Shown here: piece after piece, positions 1 through 7,414 of the stretch
How the letters are laid out: every line of letters begins with the position of its first letter
Position numbering within the stretch: position 1 is the stretch's first letter
Virus record (IMG/VR): IMGVR_UViG_3300032293_002271
Location: 1-48,577 of that record
From: a virus
Taxonomy: Duplodnaviria; Caudoviricetes
Length of the DNA: 48,577 bases
Reading direction: 5' to 3' (one strand)
Position numbers and translations under genes: made by a program
Notes under the pieces: model-generated
Seen by the model: only the letters and a program-made list of their open reading frames with translations
Databases searched by the model: none
Told to the model about the DNA's origin: nothing

Positions 1-1
1 C

Positions 2-691
2 CATCTCATCTTCAATGTATATGGAAAGTCCTGCGACAAGTTCAAGCAACTTAAGAAGGGACAACGTGTGTACATTCACGGCGCCAAGCTACGGTATGAT
101 CTTAAGTCCAAGGCGCACTCACTCCATGGAGGAGTTGTTGCTCAAATTACTGAAGCATTCCCTCTCTTCAACGACGTTATCTTGACTGGTCGATGTGTTA
201 AAGACATTGATCAGAATGATGCACGTGCCTTTAAGACAACTGAAGATGGCTTGATGATCTGCAGCCAAAGCTTGTCAGTTAATACTGGTCGCAACCAGGC
301 TGATCTGTTTAACTTCTACGCAATTAACAGTGCGCAAGATAAGTTAAATCAAGCTGAACTTTTGGTTAACTTTACCAAGAAAGGAACAGGCCTTACTATT
401 CGCGGTCGTCTGGCAACGGATGTATGGACAGATAAAGAAACAAAAGAACGTCGTAGTCTTACCAAGATTCAATTGGTGTCCATGACCTTGGCACCTAAGC
501 AGGCTGAGTCTCAACCAAAGCAAGTGACACCGCAGACAACTGTGTCTGAGCCCACGAATGTTGCTAGCCTATGGGGCGGACGTAGCGCAGAAGAGGACTC
601 TGATCCTTGGACACGTACGTCTGGTGGTGGCCTGCCTGATCTCCCTGGTCAGTATGGCACTGCTCCTGATCTCAGTGATGAACCCTTCTGA
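2..691 (+). CDS. ssb: Single-stranded DNA-binding protein, tandem OB folds (5' truncated)
   Basis: Frame is open from base 2 (HLIFNVYGKSCDKFKQLKKGQRVYIHG). A second SSB motif follows (KKGTGLTIRGRLATDVWTDKETKERRS), and the acidic tail ends DLSDEPF. Confidence 0.8.
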   Translation, partial: HLIFNVYGKSCDKFKQLKKGQRVYIHGAKLRYDLKSKAHSLHGGVVAQITEAFPLFNDVILTGRCVKDIDQNDARAFKTTEDGLMICSQSLSVNTGRNQADLFNFYAINSAQDKLNQAELLVNFTKKGTGLTIRGRLATDVWTDKETKERRSLTKIQLVSMTLAPKQAESQPKQVTPQTTVSEPTNVASLWGGRSAEEDSDPWTRTSGGGLPDLPGQYGTAPDLSDEPF

Positions 692-696
692 TTATC

Positions 697-936
697 ATGA
701 CAATTCAAATTGATTGCTTAGATCCTGAGCCTATGTGCTTTCAAGATGCAATGGCTTATGAGTTCTTTATGGACAACATAAACCTTTGCTTCCAAAGCAA
801 AGAAAAAGATGCAAAAGATCTTGTGGATTCGGTAGTAGTCCTTGCTAAGGCTGCTTATTTGATTGCAGATGTATTCTCTGAAGCACGCCAAGCTCACATT
901 CAAAAACACAACAAGGAAACCAATGTCGAAAGCTGA
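697..936 (+). CDS. Hypothetical protein
   Basis: 79 aa ORF tightly packed in the + strand operon. Confidence 0.6.
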   Translation: MTIQIDCLDPEPMCFQDAMAYEFFMDNINLCFQSKEKDAKDLVDSVVVLAKAAYLIADVFSEARQAHIQKHNKETNVES

Positions 937-1162
937 TCAACGGATGAAGTTCACTTTGGAAGAAGAAGAATACACCATCGTATTCCAAAGCGATGGTGTT
1001 ACTACCGATGAGATCCTTGGGCACTTCGTCATGTTTATGAAGGGCTGTGGGTACCAAGAAGATAGTATCTACTCATCGTTTCAGGAAACCCTGGATGAAC
1101 GTGAAGCTTTGTCAAAGGCTCGCAGTCTCTATGACGCAGATGCCTGCAAGGACCTAATATAG
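923..1162 (+). CDS. Hypothetical phage protein
   Basis: ATG at 923 overlaps the upstream gene end; contains DEILGHFVMFMKGCGY, typical of a small phage family. Confidence 0.6.
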   Translation: MSKADQRMKFTLEEEEYTIVFQSDGVTTDEILGHFVMFMKGCGYQEDSIYSSFQETLDEREALSKARSLYDADACKDLI

Positions 1163-1167
1163 GTCAC

Positions 1168-1194
1168 CGCCTCGGGATGGCGTTAAAAGCGCCC
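1168..1194 (+). promoter_or_regulatory. Mini H-type pseudoknot leader, copy 1
   Basis: CGCC-TC-GGG-AT-GGCG-TTAAAAGCG-CCC; stem 1 CGCC/GGCG, stem 2 GGG/CCC; intergenic, 22 nt before ATG 1217. Confidence 0.55.
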
Positions 1195-1216
1195 ACGTCC
1201 AAACCCTGAACAAACC

Positions 1217-2236
1217 ATGACTGCTTCCATGACTACTAAGAAAACTTCTGCACTTGCACCCCGTGGCCTGGAATCCTTTAAGCTTTTTCAATCAAAAGAA
1301 TTCGTATCTGGATACCAGAATCTCGTCACCATTCAGCCCCTCAACAAATCCAAGACACGAGGTTGGTTCGTGCGGAACTCAGACCTGGACACTTGCGGAT
1401 GGAGTGCCACTGAAGATCAGTTTGCTAAAGGTTCAGTTATCTGGAACTACAAGCAAACTTTTGGTATGGCTCCCAACACTTCAATTGAAGAAGGACTCAA
1501 TTTTGTTGAGCCTCGTCTTCAAATCCTTTTACGTTCTCCCCTCATGGTTGAGGAAGCAACGGGGATGAGGCAAACGATTGGTACGTTTGATGACCCTGAA
1601 GTTAAGCAACTGTGGGAAGCTGACAAGATTGCGGCTGACCTGGAAGGTAGCAAAGGTAATCTCTACAAGCGTAAGTACAGTGTACGTACCAAGTACCTTG
1701 TGTACATCCTGACCCAGGACAACAAGCGTGCTCATAAGATCCCTATGGTTCTTACCCTGAAGGGATTGAATGGTACTGATGTTTCCGACAAGGTCAAGAT
1801 GTATGAAAAGGAAATGTCCAAGTGCCTGAGTAAAGCGCTGGATGCTGAAGTGCCCCTGAGCTTCAATGAAAAGTTCTACGCAACTACCGTATTTGCTCCA
1901 GTACTTGCCAATGAGATGCGCGGAGCCAACAACGTTGAGATCTGTGCAATTGAATCTTTTGACATTCCTGGTTACAGCACCCAAGAGGAAGCAATCGAAT
2001 CACTGAGTCGCATGTCGATTCCCGATGAAGATCGTGAATCTACTTGGAAGTTCCAAGAACTGTTCAATGATTACATCAACATGCATGCCAAGCAGGATGC
2101 ACAAAAGCTTGGTGGTGCCTATGGCATCAAAGAAGGTGTCGAGATTCTTCCTGTGTCTCGTACCACGGATGCGGTTGACGTGAAGGTACTGCCTGGCCGT
2201 GATGAACTCACAGGTGAGGACAACAGCCTTAGCTGA
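1217..2236 (+). CDS. Conserved cyanobacterial/cyanophage protein (DUF5895-like), possible ssDNA-annealing protein
   Basis: 339 aa with an IQPLN..GWF N-terminal motif, located beside ssb. Family call is from memory. Confidence 0.5.
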   Translation: MTASMTTKKTSALAPRGLESFKLFQSKEFVSGYQNLVTIQPLNKSKTRGWFVRNSDLDTCGWSATEDQFAKGSVIWNYKQTFGMAPNTSIEEGLNFVEPRLQILLRSPLMVEEATGMRQTIGTFDDPEVKQLWEADKIAADLEGSKGNLYKRKYSVRTKYLVYILTQDNKRAHKIPMVLTLKGLNGTDVSDKVKMYEKEMSKCLSKALDAEVPLSFNEKFYATTVFAPVLANEMRGANNVEICAIESFDIPGYSTQEEAIESLSRMSIPDEDRESTWKFQELFNDYINMHAKQDAQKLGGAYGIKEGVEILPVSRTTDAVDVKVLPGRDELTGEDNSLS

Positions 2237-2456
2237 TGGAATCAGTAGTGTCCTTGACTTTGCTTGAGTAATTCTCTTGCATTAAGTCAAGGGCATCATT
2301 AACCAATCCCTTGATAGCCATTTGCCGTGTTGTTGCAATTTTTGTTAGCAGCACGGCAATTTCTTTTAGCTCACTAAGGGAGGTGCATTCATTTATTGTT
2401 CGAAACATTTTCTCCTGCCAAAACAAATCCTCTGCAGATGATTCAAATTTCAACAT
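2229..2456 (-). CDS. NblA-like small helical protein
   Basis: MLKFESSAEDLFWQEKMFRTINECTSLSELKEIAVLLTKIATTRQMAIKGLV follows the NblA pattern (S.E..F....,..EEL..L.....). Confidence 0.4.
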   Translation of the reverse strand: MLKFESSAEDLFWQEKMFRTINECTSLSELKEIAVLLTKIATTRQMAIKGLVNDALDLMQENYSSKVKDTTDSIS

Positions 2457-2536
2457 GAGACTAATGTGTCTAAGTACATTGTACCTGTTGCATTTAAGCT
2501 GATCCCAAACCAATTGATTGTATTAAGGATTACCAG

Positions 2537-2728
2537 ATGAAACCTGAAGATAAAGCAGCGCTCAAAGCTGCGGGTATTACGTTTCTTGTAGCAGGAGCTG
2601 CCGCTGCACTCATTGCGAATCCTGTAGCTTGGGGTGCTGCTGCCCTTGGCTCGTATAGGATGGGCAAGTTGGCACGCAAGCACACCAAGGAACAGCGCCA
2701 GGAGACCGACCAGGATCTCTTCATCTAA
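2537..2728 (+). CDS. Small membrane protein
   Basis: Ala-rich hydrophobic hairpin ITFLVAGAAAALIANPVAWGAAALG. Confidence 0.6.
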   Translation: MKPEDKAALKAAGITFLVAGAAAALIANPVAWGAAALGSYRMGKLARKHTKEQRQETDQDLFI

Positions 2729-2742
2729 CTCAACTCAGACTC

Positions 2743-3684
2743 ATGCAACTCCAAACCGAACTCAATTCAGCTCAAGCCCTCATCTACTCCCGGTCTAATA
2801 TTGGTCGTGCGTATGTAGGTTTTGATGACACCGAAATTGCTGGCATTCATCTGCGAGGTGACAATTGTATTGTGGTGCGTCGTGATGGTGATGAGCAGGC
2901 TTATGAACGGACGTTGATTAAAGCTGCGTTCCAGCAGTATACTCACCGACTCAAAGACTTCTTTTCTTACCTTGGCCCCAATTACAGGGGGCCAAGTGTG
3001 TGGCATAACAATGCTTATGTCATGTTCAAAGGTTGGAACTATTCACATGCACTCGGACACCTGACTTCCAATGCCAAACTCCAACAGCACTGGGCCGACA
3101 AATTTATACACCTATCAGACTCCGCCAAAGTCGTTGCCCTCCTCCAAAACGACCAAACGGATCTGGGACATCTGGTGGCGCCGGATGGGCTTCGGAGCGC
3201 GGCTCGGCCAATTGACATGGAGTCTGACCTGGAGGAAAACCCCTCAGGTGTTCAGGCCAGCACTCCTGAACCTTACTGCTCATGTGGGTCCTTTCAGCGT
3301 CAGTTTCTTAATGTTTCGTTATTCGAACAGGAGATTACAGGATTCAAACCCTGGTGCATCCACCTGACTTGGTTCCACAAATACCGTGAGCTGCTGTGCA
3401 AGCGCACAGAAGTACGGAATGCTTTGCCCAGTGGTACGCCTGATAAGTGTGTGGCATGGTGGTATGCACCTCCTGCTGATCACCTCAGCGATGGCAAGTT
3501 TGTACTGCTGCATACCAAGTCTGGTGCTCAGGCTCCACTGACTCACTGGCGTACGTACAAGCCTAAGGAAGTGTTCAACCAACGACATGCCTGGGATCTA
3601 TTCTTCAATATGATGGAGGCTGGCTACGTACCATTCCCTGGCACTGCACTGCCACAACTTCAATCTGCAATCAAAAAGAAATGA
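2743..3684 (+). CDS. SWIM zinc-finger domain protein
   Basis: YCSCGSF...PWCIHL matches CxC-xn-CxH. Confidence 0.7.
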   Translation: MQLQTELNSAQALIYSRSNIGRAYVGFDDTEIAGIHLRGDNCIVVRRDGDEQAYERTLIKAAFQQYTHRLKDFFSYLGPNYRGPSVWHNNAYVMFKGWNYSHALGHLTSNAKLQQHWADKFIHLSDSAKVVALLQNDQTDLGHLVAPDGLRSAARPIDMESDLEENPSGVQASTPEPYCSCGSFQRQFLNVSLFEQEITGFKPWCIHLTWFHKYRELLCKRTEVRNALPSGTPDKCVAWWYAPPADHLSDGKFVLLHTKSGAQAPLTHWRTYKPKEVFNQRHAWDLFFNMMEAGYVPFPGTALPQLQSAIKKK

Positions 3685-4052
3685 CTGAGCAGCCCACTAA
3701 CTGCATTACATTCAATGTACCGCCAACAGAAGAGGTCATGCGCCTCGACAAAGAAGGCTTCCACTACCGGGGTCAGTTCATTGCTGATGCTGGTGAAGCA
3801 TACCGATTGATGGTGGAGTTCCTCAAGCAACAAACACAGCTCGTGCTAAGGCCTAGCCTAATGACTAACCTCTCTCCCGCAGCTCATGCGGTGTTAGATG
3901 CCTACACAGACGCTCCGATAAGCGGTCGAGTAGCTTTGGCCGCCGCTCTGCGATCTGCTGTCGCTCACACCCAGCAGCATCACGGCCTCGGCGTGTGGGA
4001 ATGTGACGCTAACGAACTCCTCAACATTGCTGACGAACTGGAGGATGTATGA
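3681..4052 (+). CDS. Hypothetical protein (apparent fusion of two small cyanophage modules)
   Basis: ATGA overlaps at both ends; internal MTNLSPAAHAVLDAY...ELLNIADELE module. Confidence 0.6.
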   Translation: MTEQPTNCITFNVPPTEEVMRLDKEGFHYRGQFIADAGEAYRLMVEFLKQQTQLVLRPSLMTNLSPAAHAVLDAYTDAPISGRVALAAALRSAVAHTQQHHGLGVWECDANELLNIADELEDV

Positions 4053-4252
4053 CTAACCAAAAACTAACTATGACTTTGATTGAGAAGCTTGAAGTAGAAG
4101 TTATTCATGAAGAGGATGGTGGTTGCATTATCCGTGTTCATTGGGACAATGAAGATCCAGATCTTGAATACTGGACAAACCTTGGTGAAGAAGGACAAAA
4201 ATCTTTTATCATTGATGCATTAACCAACGCACTTGCTTGCTATGTCGGTTGA
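4049..4252 (+). CDS. Hypothetical protein
   Basis: Translationally coupled 67 aa ORF. Confidence 0.6.
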   Translation: MTNQKLTMTLIEKLEVEVIHEEDGGCIIRVHWDNEDPDLEYWTNLGEEGQKSFIIDALTNALACYVG

Positions 4253-4568
4253 CACTTACGGCCTTGACGAAGATCGCTACCTTGAGATCTTTGAGGATAA
4301 AGCCACGTTTCTTTTTAAAACTATGCGTGCTCTTATCCGAGTATCGCTAGACAACAACGTAGATCTTAATGGGTGGCCCCATGACGTGATCTGGAGGATG
4401 TATGAGAGCGTTACGTACGATGCAAATGATGAGGCCCGTGTAATCCAGAAGACTGAAGATCCTGAGAAAATTGCAGAACGTTCTTACGACGGCATCACAG
4501 TTTTCACACGTCAAGATCTGATGGATGAAATCAAATCTATTAAAGAACTCCTGGTAAAACCAGAGTGA
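4242..4568 (+). CDS. Hypothetical protein
   Basis: ATG 4242, acidic ORF in the operon. Confidence 0.6.
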   Translation: MSVDTYGLDEDRYLEIFEDKATFLFKTMRALIRVSLDNNVDLNGWPHDVIWRMYESVTYDANDEARVIQKTEDPEKIAERSYDGITVFTRQDLMDEIKSIKELLVKPE

Positions 4569-4573
4569 TTAAT

Positions 4574-4600
4574 CGTCCTGGTCATGACGTAAAACTGACT
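4574..4600 (+). promoter_or_regulatory. Mini H-type pseudoknot leader, copy 2
   Basis: CGTC-CT-GGTCA-T-GACG-TAAAAC-TGACT; stems CGTC/GACG and GGTCA/TGACT; 20 nt before ATG 4621. Confidence 0.6.
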
Positions 4601-4620
4601 ACCACTTACCTACTCAACTC

Positions 4621-4743
4621 ATGTTTGAAGCATTTGCATCTGCCGTTCTTCCTGTTCTCAAAGACATTCTTTGGGCAGCAGCCGCAGCGCTGCTGGCCTA
4701 CACATTAAATAAATTCCAGAACTATTTCAGTAATGCCTTCTGA
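4621..4743 (+). CDS. 40 aa single-TM peptide (not in ORF track)
   Basis: MFEAFASAVLPVLKDILWAAAAALLAYTLNKFQNYFSNAF. Confidence 0.6.
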   Translation: MFEAFASAVLPVLKDILWAAAAALLAYTLNKFQNYFSNAF

Positions 4744-4942
4744 TGCTGCAAAACGTATTGTCAAGCTTGCTAAATCTTATGGTTTTAAATTAATCAGGCA
4801 AAAACGCCATCTTGTATTCCAGAATGATTCTGGAATAATGCTTGTTACATCCATGTCGTGTAGTGATAAACGTGCATTGAAAAATGTTGAACACACAATC
4901 AAACGACTCCTTGCCAACAATGACTCAAATCACTCAGGTTAA
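4733..4942 (+). CDS. HicA-like mRNA interferase fold protein
   Basis: Basic 69 aa, KLAKSYGFKLIRQKRHLVFQND resembles HicA L...GF...RQ.GSH..F. Confidence 0.55.
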   Translation: MPSDAAKRIVKLAKSYGFKLIRQKRHLVFQNDSGIMLVTSMSCSDKRALKNVEHTIKRLLANNDSNHSG

Positions 4943-5621
4943 ACTCAAGGATCTCAACATCCTCAAACTCTACGAACACTATGGTGCCCTGGAACGCAGT
5001 CTTCCTCTCCTCACTCCTGAGTCCCAGGAATTGGCGCAAGCTGAGCTGGAGGCCTGTGCCTCTCTCCGTTCAGAAAAGGTCGACCGTATCTATTACGCTA
5101 TGGCGGCCCATGAGGATGCTCTTGAGCGCATCAAGAAGGAAGGGGATCTCATCACGCAAGCCAAGCGTCACCATGAATCCCAACTGCGGTCCCTCAAGAA
5201 CTTGCTAGGTTGGTTGCGGCGTTCACTCCCTCTTGATACCAACAAGATTACTGGACGCAATTATCAATTTACGCTTACACGTAAGAAGGATTTAACTGTT
5301 GAGATCACGTCGGACCCAGAGTTTTGGCACTCTGAAGAACGAGCAGCTTATTGCATTGAAGAAGAAATCACCACAACCAAACGAGTTGTGCTACGTTCAA
5401 TGTCAGGAGAAGTCCTTGATGAAAGGACAGAACCTAAAACCACAACTAAAATCGTCCCTAATCTCGATGCGATACGCTCCGCCCATCAAACGGGTCGACA
5501 ACTCCCAAGTGGAGTCAAAGTCGTCCAAGAATATGGTGTCCGTTCCAAACGGATCTATGGTGAATCTCGAGTGGACTTGGAAGCATCCGAGTATCCAGGA
5601 CAGTTTTTACCTGAAGATTGA
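4920..5621 (+). CDS. Siphovirus Gp157-like protein
   Basis: Coiled coil EKVDRIY..IKKE..L...K...LRSLK.LL and C-terminal NLDAIR....G..LPSGV. Confidence 0.65.
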   Translation: MTQITQVKLKDLNILKLYEHYGALERSLPLLTPESQELAQAELEACASLRSEKVDRIYYAMAAHEDALERIKKEGDLITQAKRHHESQLRSLKNLLGWLRRSLPLDTNKITGRNYQFTLTRKKDLTVEITSDPEFWHSEERAAYCIEEEITTTKRVVLRSMSGEVLDERTEPKTTTKIVPNLDAIRSAHQTGRQLPSGVKVVQEYGVRSKRIYGESRVDLEASEYPGQFLPED

Positions 5622-5874
5622 TGCACCTGTTGATGCGGATGACGCACGCATCAAGATGAATTGTCACCAGCATGCAGTAAAAGATTTTGATCTCCAACTG
5701 GAGATGGCCAATCTAGAGCTGGACATGATCAAAGATGGTGATGAGGTGCTTCCTTATAATCTCAACAAGTTTGAGGAGCTTGAACAAAAGAAACTCAAGT
5801 TGTTGGTTGGCAAACGGTTCCATCAGAACTCAGCAAATGCTTACTGGTTTTATCTAGCCAAATGCGGTAAATAA
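5557..5874 (+). CDS. Hypothetical protein
   Basis: Likely start ATG 5557 (MVNLEWTWKHP), helical. Confidence 0.55.
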   Translation: MVNLEWTWKHPSIQDSFYLKIDAPVDADDARIKMNCHQHAVKDFDLQLEMANLELDMIKDGDEVLPYNLNKFEELEQKKLKLLVGKRFHQNSANAYWFYLAKCGK

Positions 5875-5908
5875 ACTGCAATACAATAGTTAAAGCAGTA
5901 GGAGTTCC

Positions 5909-6172
5909 ATGGGCGGTGATTCAGTTTTAAATAAGTTGATTGCTGGATTTACCAACGATGGGACTCCTCTTTCCGCAACTATTGGTTCCAAAATGGAACA
6001 TGGTGTTGTCATTTTGACAGCTGCCATGCTTGCAAATGAAAACCTTGCTGGTCAAATGACGGCAGAAGAAATGGTTGATGGCGCCATCAATTATTACAAT
6101 GTCATCCAAGAACGTCTTGGTTACTACCAGCAACACCAAGCACATTCTTTAGAAAGGCTGCTTAACAACTAA
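5909..6172 (+). CDS. Hypothetical protein
   Basis: AGGAG Shine-Dalgarno, with a TACAAT -10-like element upstream. Confidence 0.65.
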   Translation: MGGDSVLNKLIAGFTNDGTPLSATIGSKMEHGVVILTAAMLANENLAGQMTAEEMVDGAINYYNVIQERLGYYQQHQAHSLERLLNN

Positions 6173-6207
6173 AGCCTGCTAAAGTAACTGGGCCACTACA
6201 TCCAGAG

Positions 6208-6405
6208 ATGGATCCAATTACTGTGCCTAAACTGACCGTATCGTTTGCGGTTGACCTCGAAGTAGAGTACGACTCCTTTGGCGGACGCACGCCACAGGAT
6301 GTTGCCATTGCACTCCAGGATGAATTGGACGTGTTACTCTTTGAGGCAAGCTCTTCCATCAAGGGCGTTTTTACTTCCATCACTGCAATTGACTCCAATG
6401 ACTAA
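6208..6405 (+). CDS. Hypothetical protein
   Basis: 65 aa ORF in the operon. Confidence 0.55.
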   Translation: MDPITVPKLTVSFAVDLEVEYDSFGGRTPQDVAIALQDELDVLLFEASSSIKGVFTSITAIDSND

Positions 6406-6700
6406 AGCATCTGCATCTAAAGAATTACTTAAGAAACTCAACACGTCAGGCGCGTTTGATACACCATGGCTCAAGAATCAACTTGAGACTTGGAACGTAT
6501 CCTTGGAGCAAGAGAAGGCTGACTTTATGGAGCATCTCTACCAGGTCTACAAACCCGTTAGTCACACCTATACGGGTTTATGGGAAAAATTCTCCGTGAC
6601 AGAAGCAGGCCCCATCATGCGCGAACGGTACTTTGAAGTACTTAAAGCAATTGAGGAATATGAAACATTGCAGGCTGCACAAGCCACAGTTGTTTCTTAA
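6398..6700 (+). CDS. Hypothetical protein
   Basis: ATG 6398 overlaps the upstream stop. Confidence 0.6.
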   Translation: MTKASASKELLKKLNTSGAFDTPWLKNQLETWNVSLEQEKADFMEHLYQVYKPVSHTYTGLWEKFSVTEAGPIMRERYFEVLKAIEEYETLQAAQATVVS

Positions 6701-6762
6701 GGTTTACAATAAACATATTGTTTTGTTTGGACGGTCCACAATGGTGGAGCGTCCTTTTAATT

Positions 6763-7185
6763 ATGGAACACCCTCACGAACCCATTGATGTCATCCAAGG
6801 TTGGCAAGAATGGTACAAAAAAAATCGAGTGATTGCACAAATGGATGAACCATTAGTCTCAAAAGACTCACGTGAGAATCTTCATGACTCAAGTAATGCT
6901 GTAGATAAAATGCCTGATTGGCGTTCTTTCTATGCAGAGCTTATTGAAGATGAACCTAAACAAAAAGCAGTTACTACGATAAAGGAAAAAGCAACCGAGT
7001 GGTTTGCAGATACTATTGCAGAGTTCTTTAATGAACTAACCGGGGAAGAATTGTTTGAATGCTTCTTAACTGCAGCCGCAAACAATTTGCAACACGTCAA
7101 AAAAGAATGTGATCAAGCTCAAACTTTAGTTGATCTTCTTTGTTGTAAAAATCACAACACCAAACCTGGAGGCACTAATGTCTAG
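6763..7185 (+). CDS. Hypothetical protein
   Basis: ATG 6763, preceded by TACAAT (6705-6710) and a GGACG..CGTCC hairpin. Confidence 0.6.
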   Translation: MEHPHEPIDVIQGWQEWYKKNRVIAQMDEPLVSKDSRENLHDSSNAVDKMPDWRSFYAELIEDEPKQKAVTTIKEKATEWFADTIAEFFNELTGEELFECFLTAAANNLQHVKKECDQAQTLVDLLCCKNHNTKPGGTNV

Positions 7186-7402
7186 GACAAAAAACCCCGA
7201 CTATCCTGTTTGGATTTGTCGTGACTGTGGAGAAACCCATGGCCTATGGTTCAAACGAGGTACGTACATTGGGCCGCCTCATCACTGCGCCACGCATCAC
7301 ATGGGAACTTGTAACATGTGTGGCGCAGTAAATGTTTCAGTAACCGAACCAAGAGACTATGGACATCTTCGGTCCGGTTGGCAAAATAACATAAAACGTT
7401 AA
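7178..7402 (+). CDS. Small zinc-binding protein
   Basis: WICRDCG...GTCNMCG, two CxxC motifs; GGAGG SD. Confidence 0.65.
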   Translation: MSRTKNPDYPVWICRDCGETHGLWFKRGTYIGPPHHCATHHMGTCNMCGAVNVSVTEPRDYGHLRSGWQNNIKR

Positions 7403-7414
7403 GGAGTTTATAGA

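Noticed and set aside
1168-1194. preQ1-I riboswitch or pistol ribozyme identity for the mini pseudoknots
   Set aside because: Loop too short and lacks the ligand-pairing C for preQ1; no P2/P3 or catalytic core for pistol.
5299-5556. Long N-terminal extension of ORF 5299-5874
   Set aside because: Overlaps Gp157 out of frame; the likely start is 5557.
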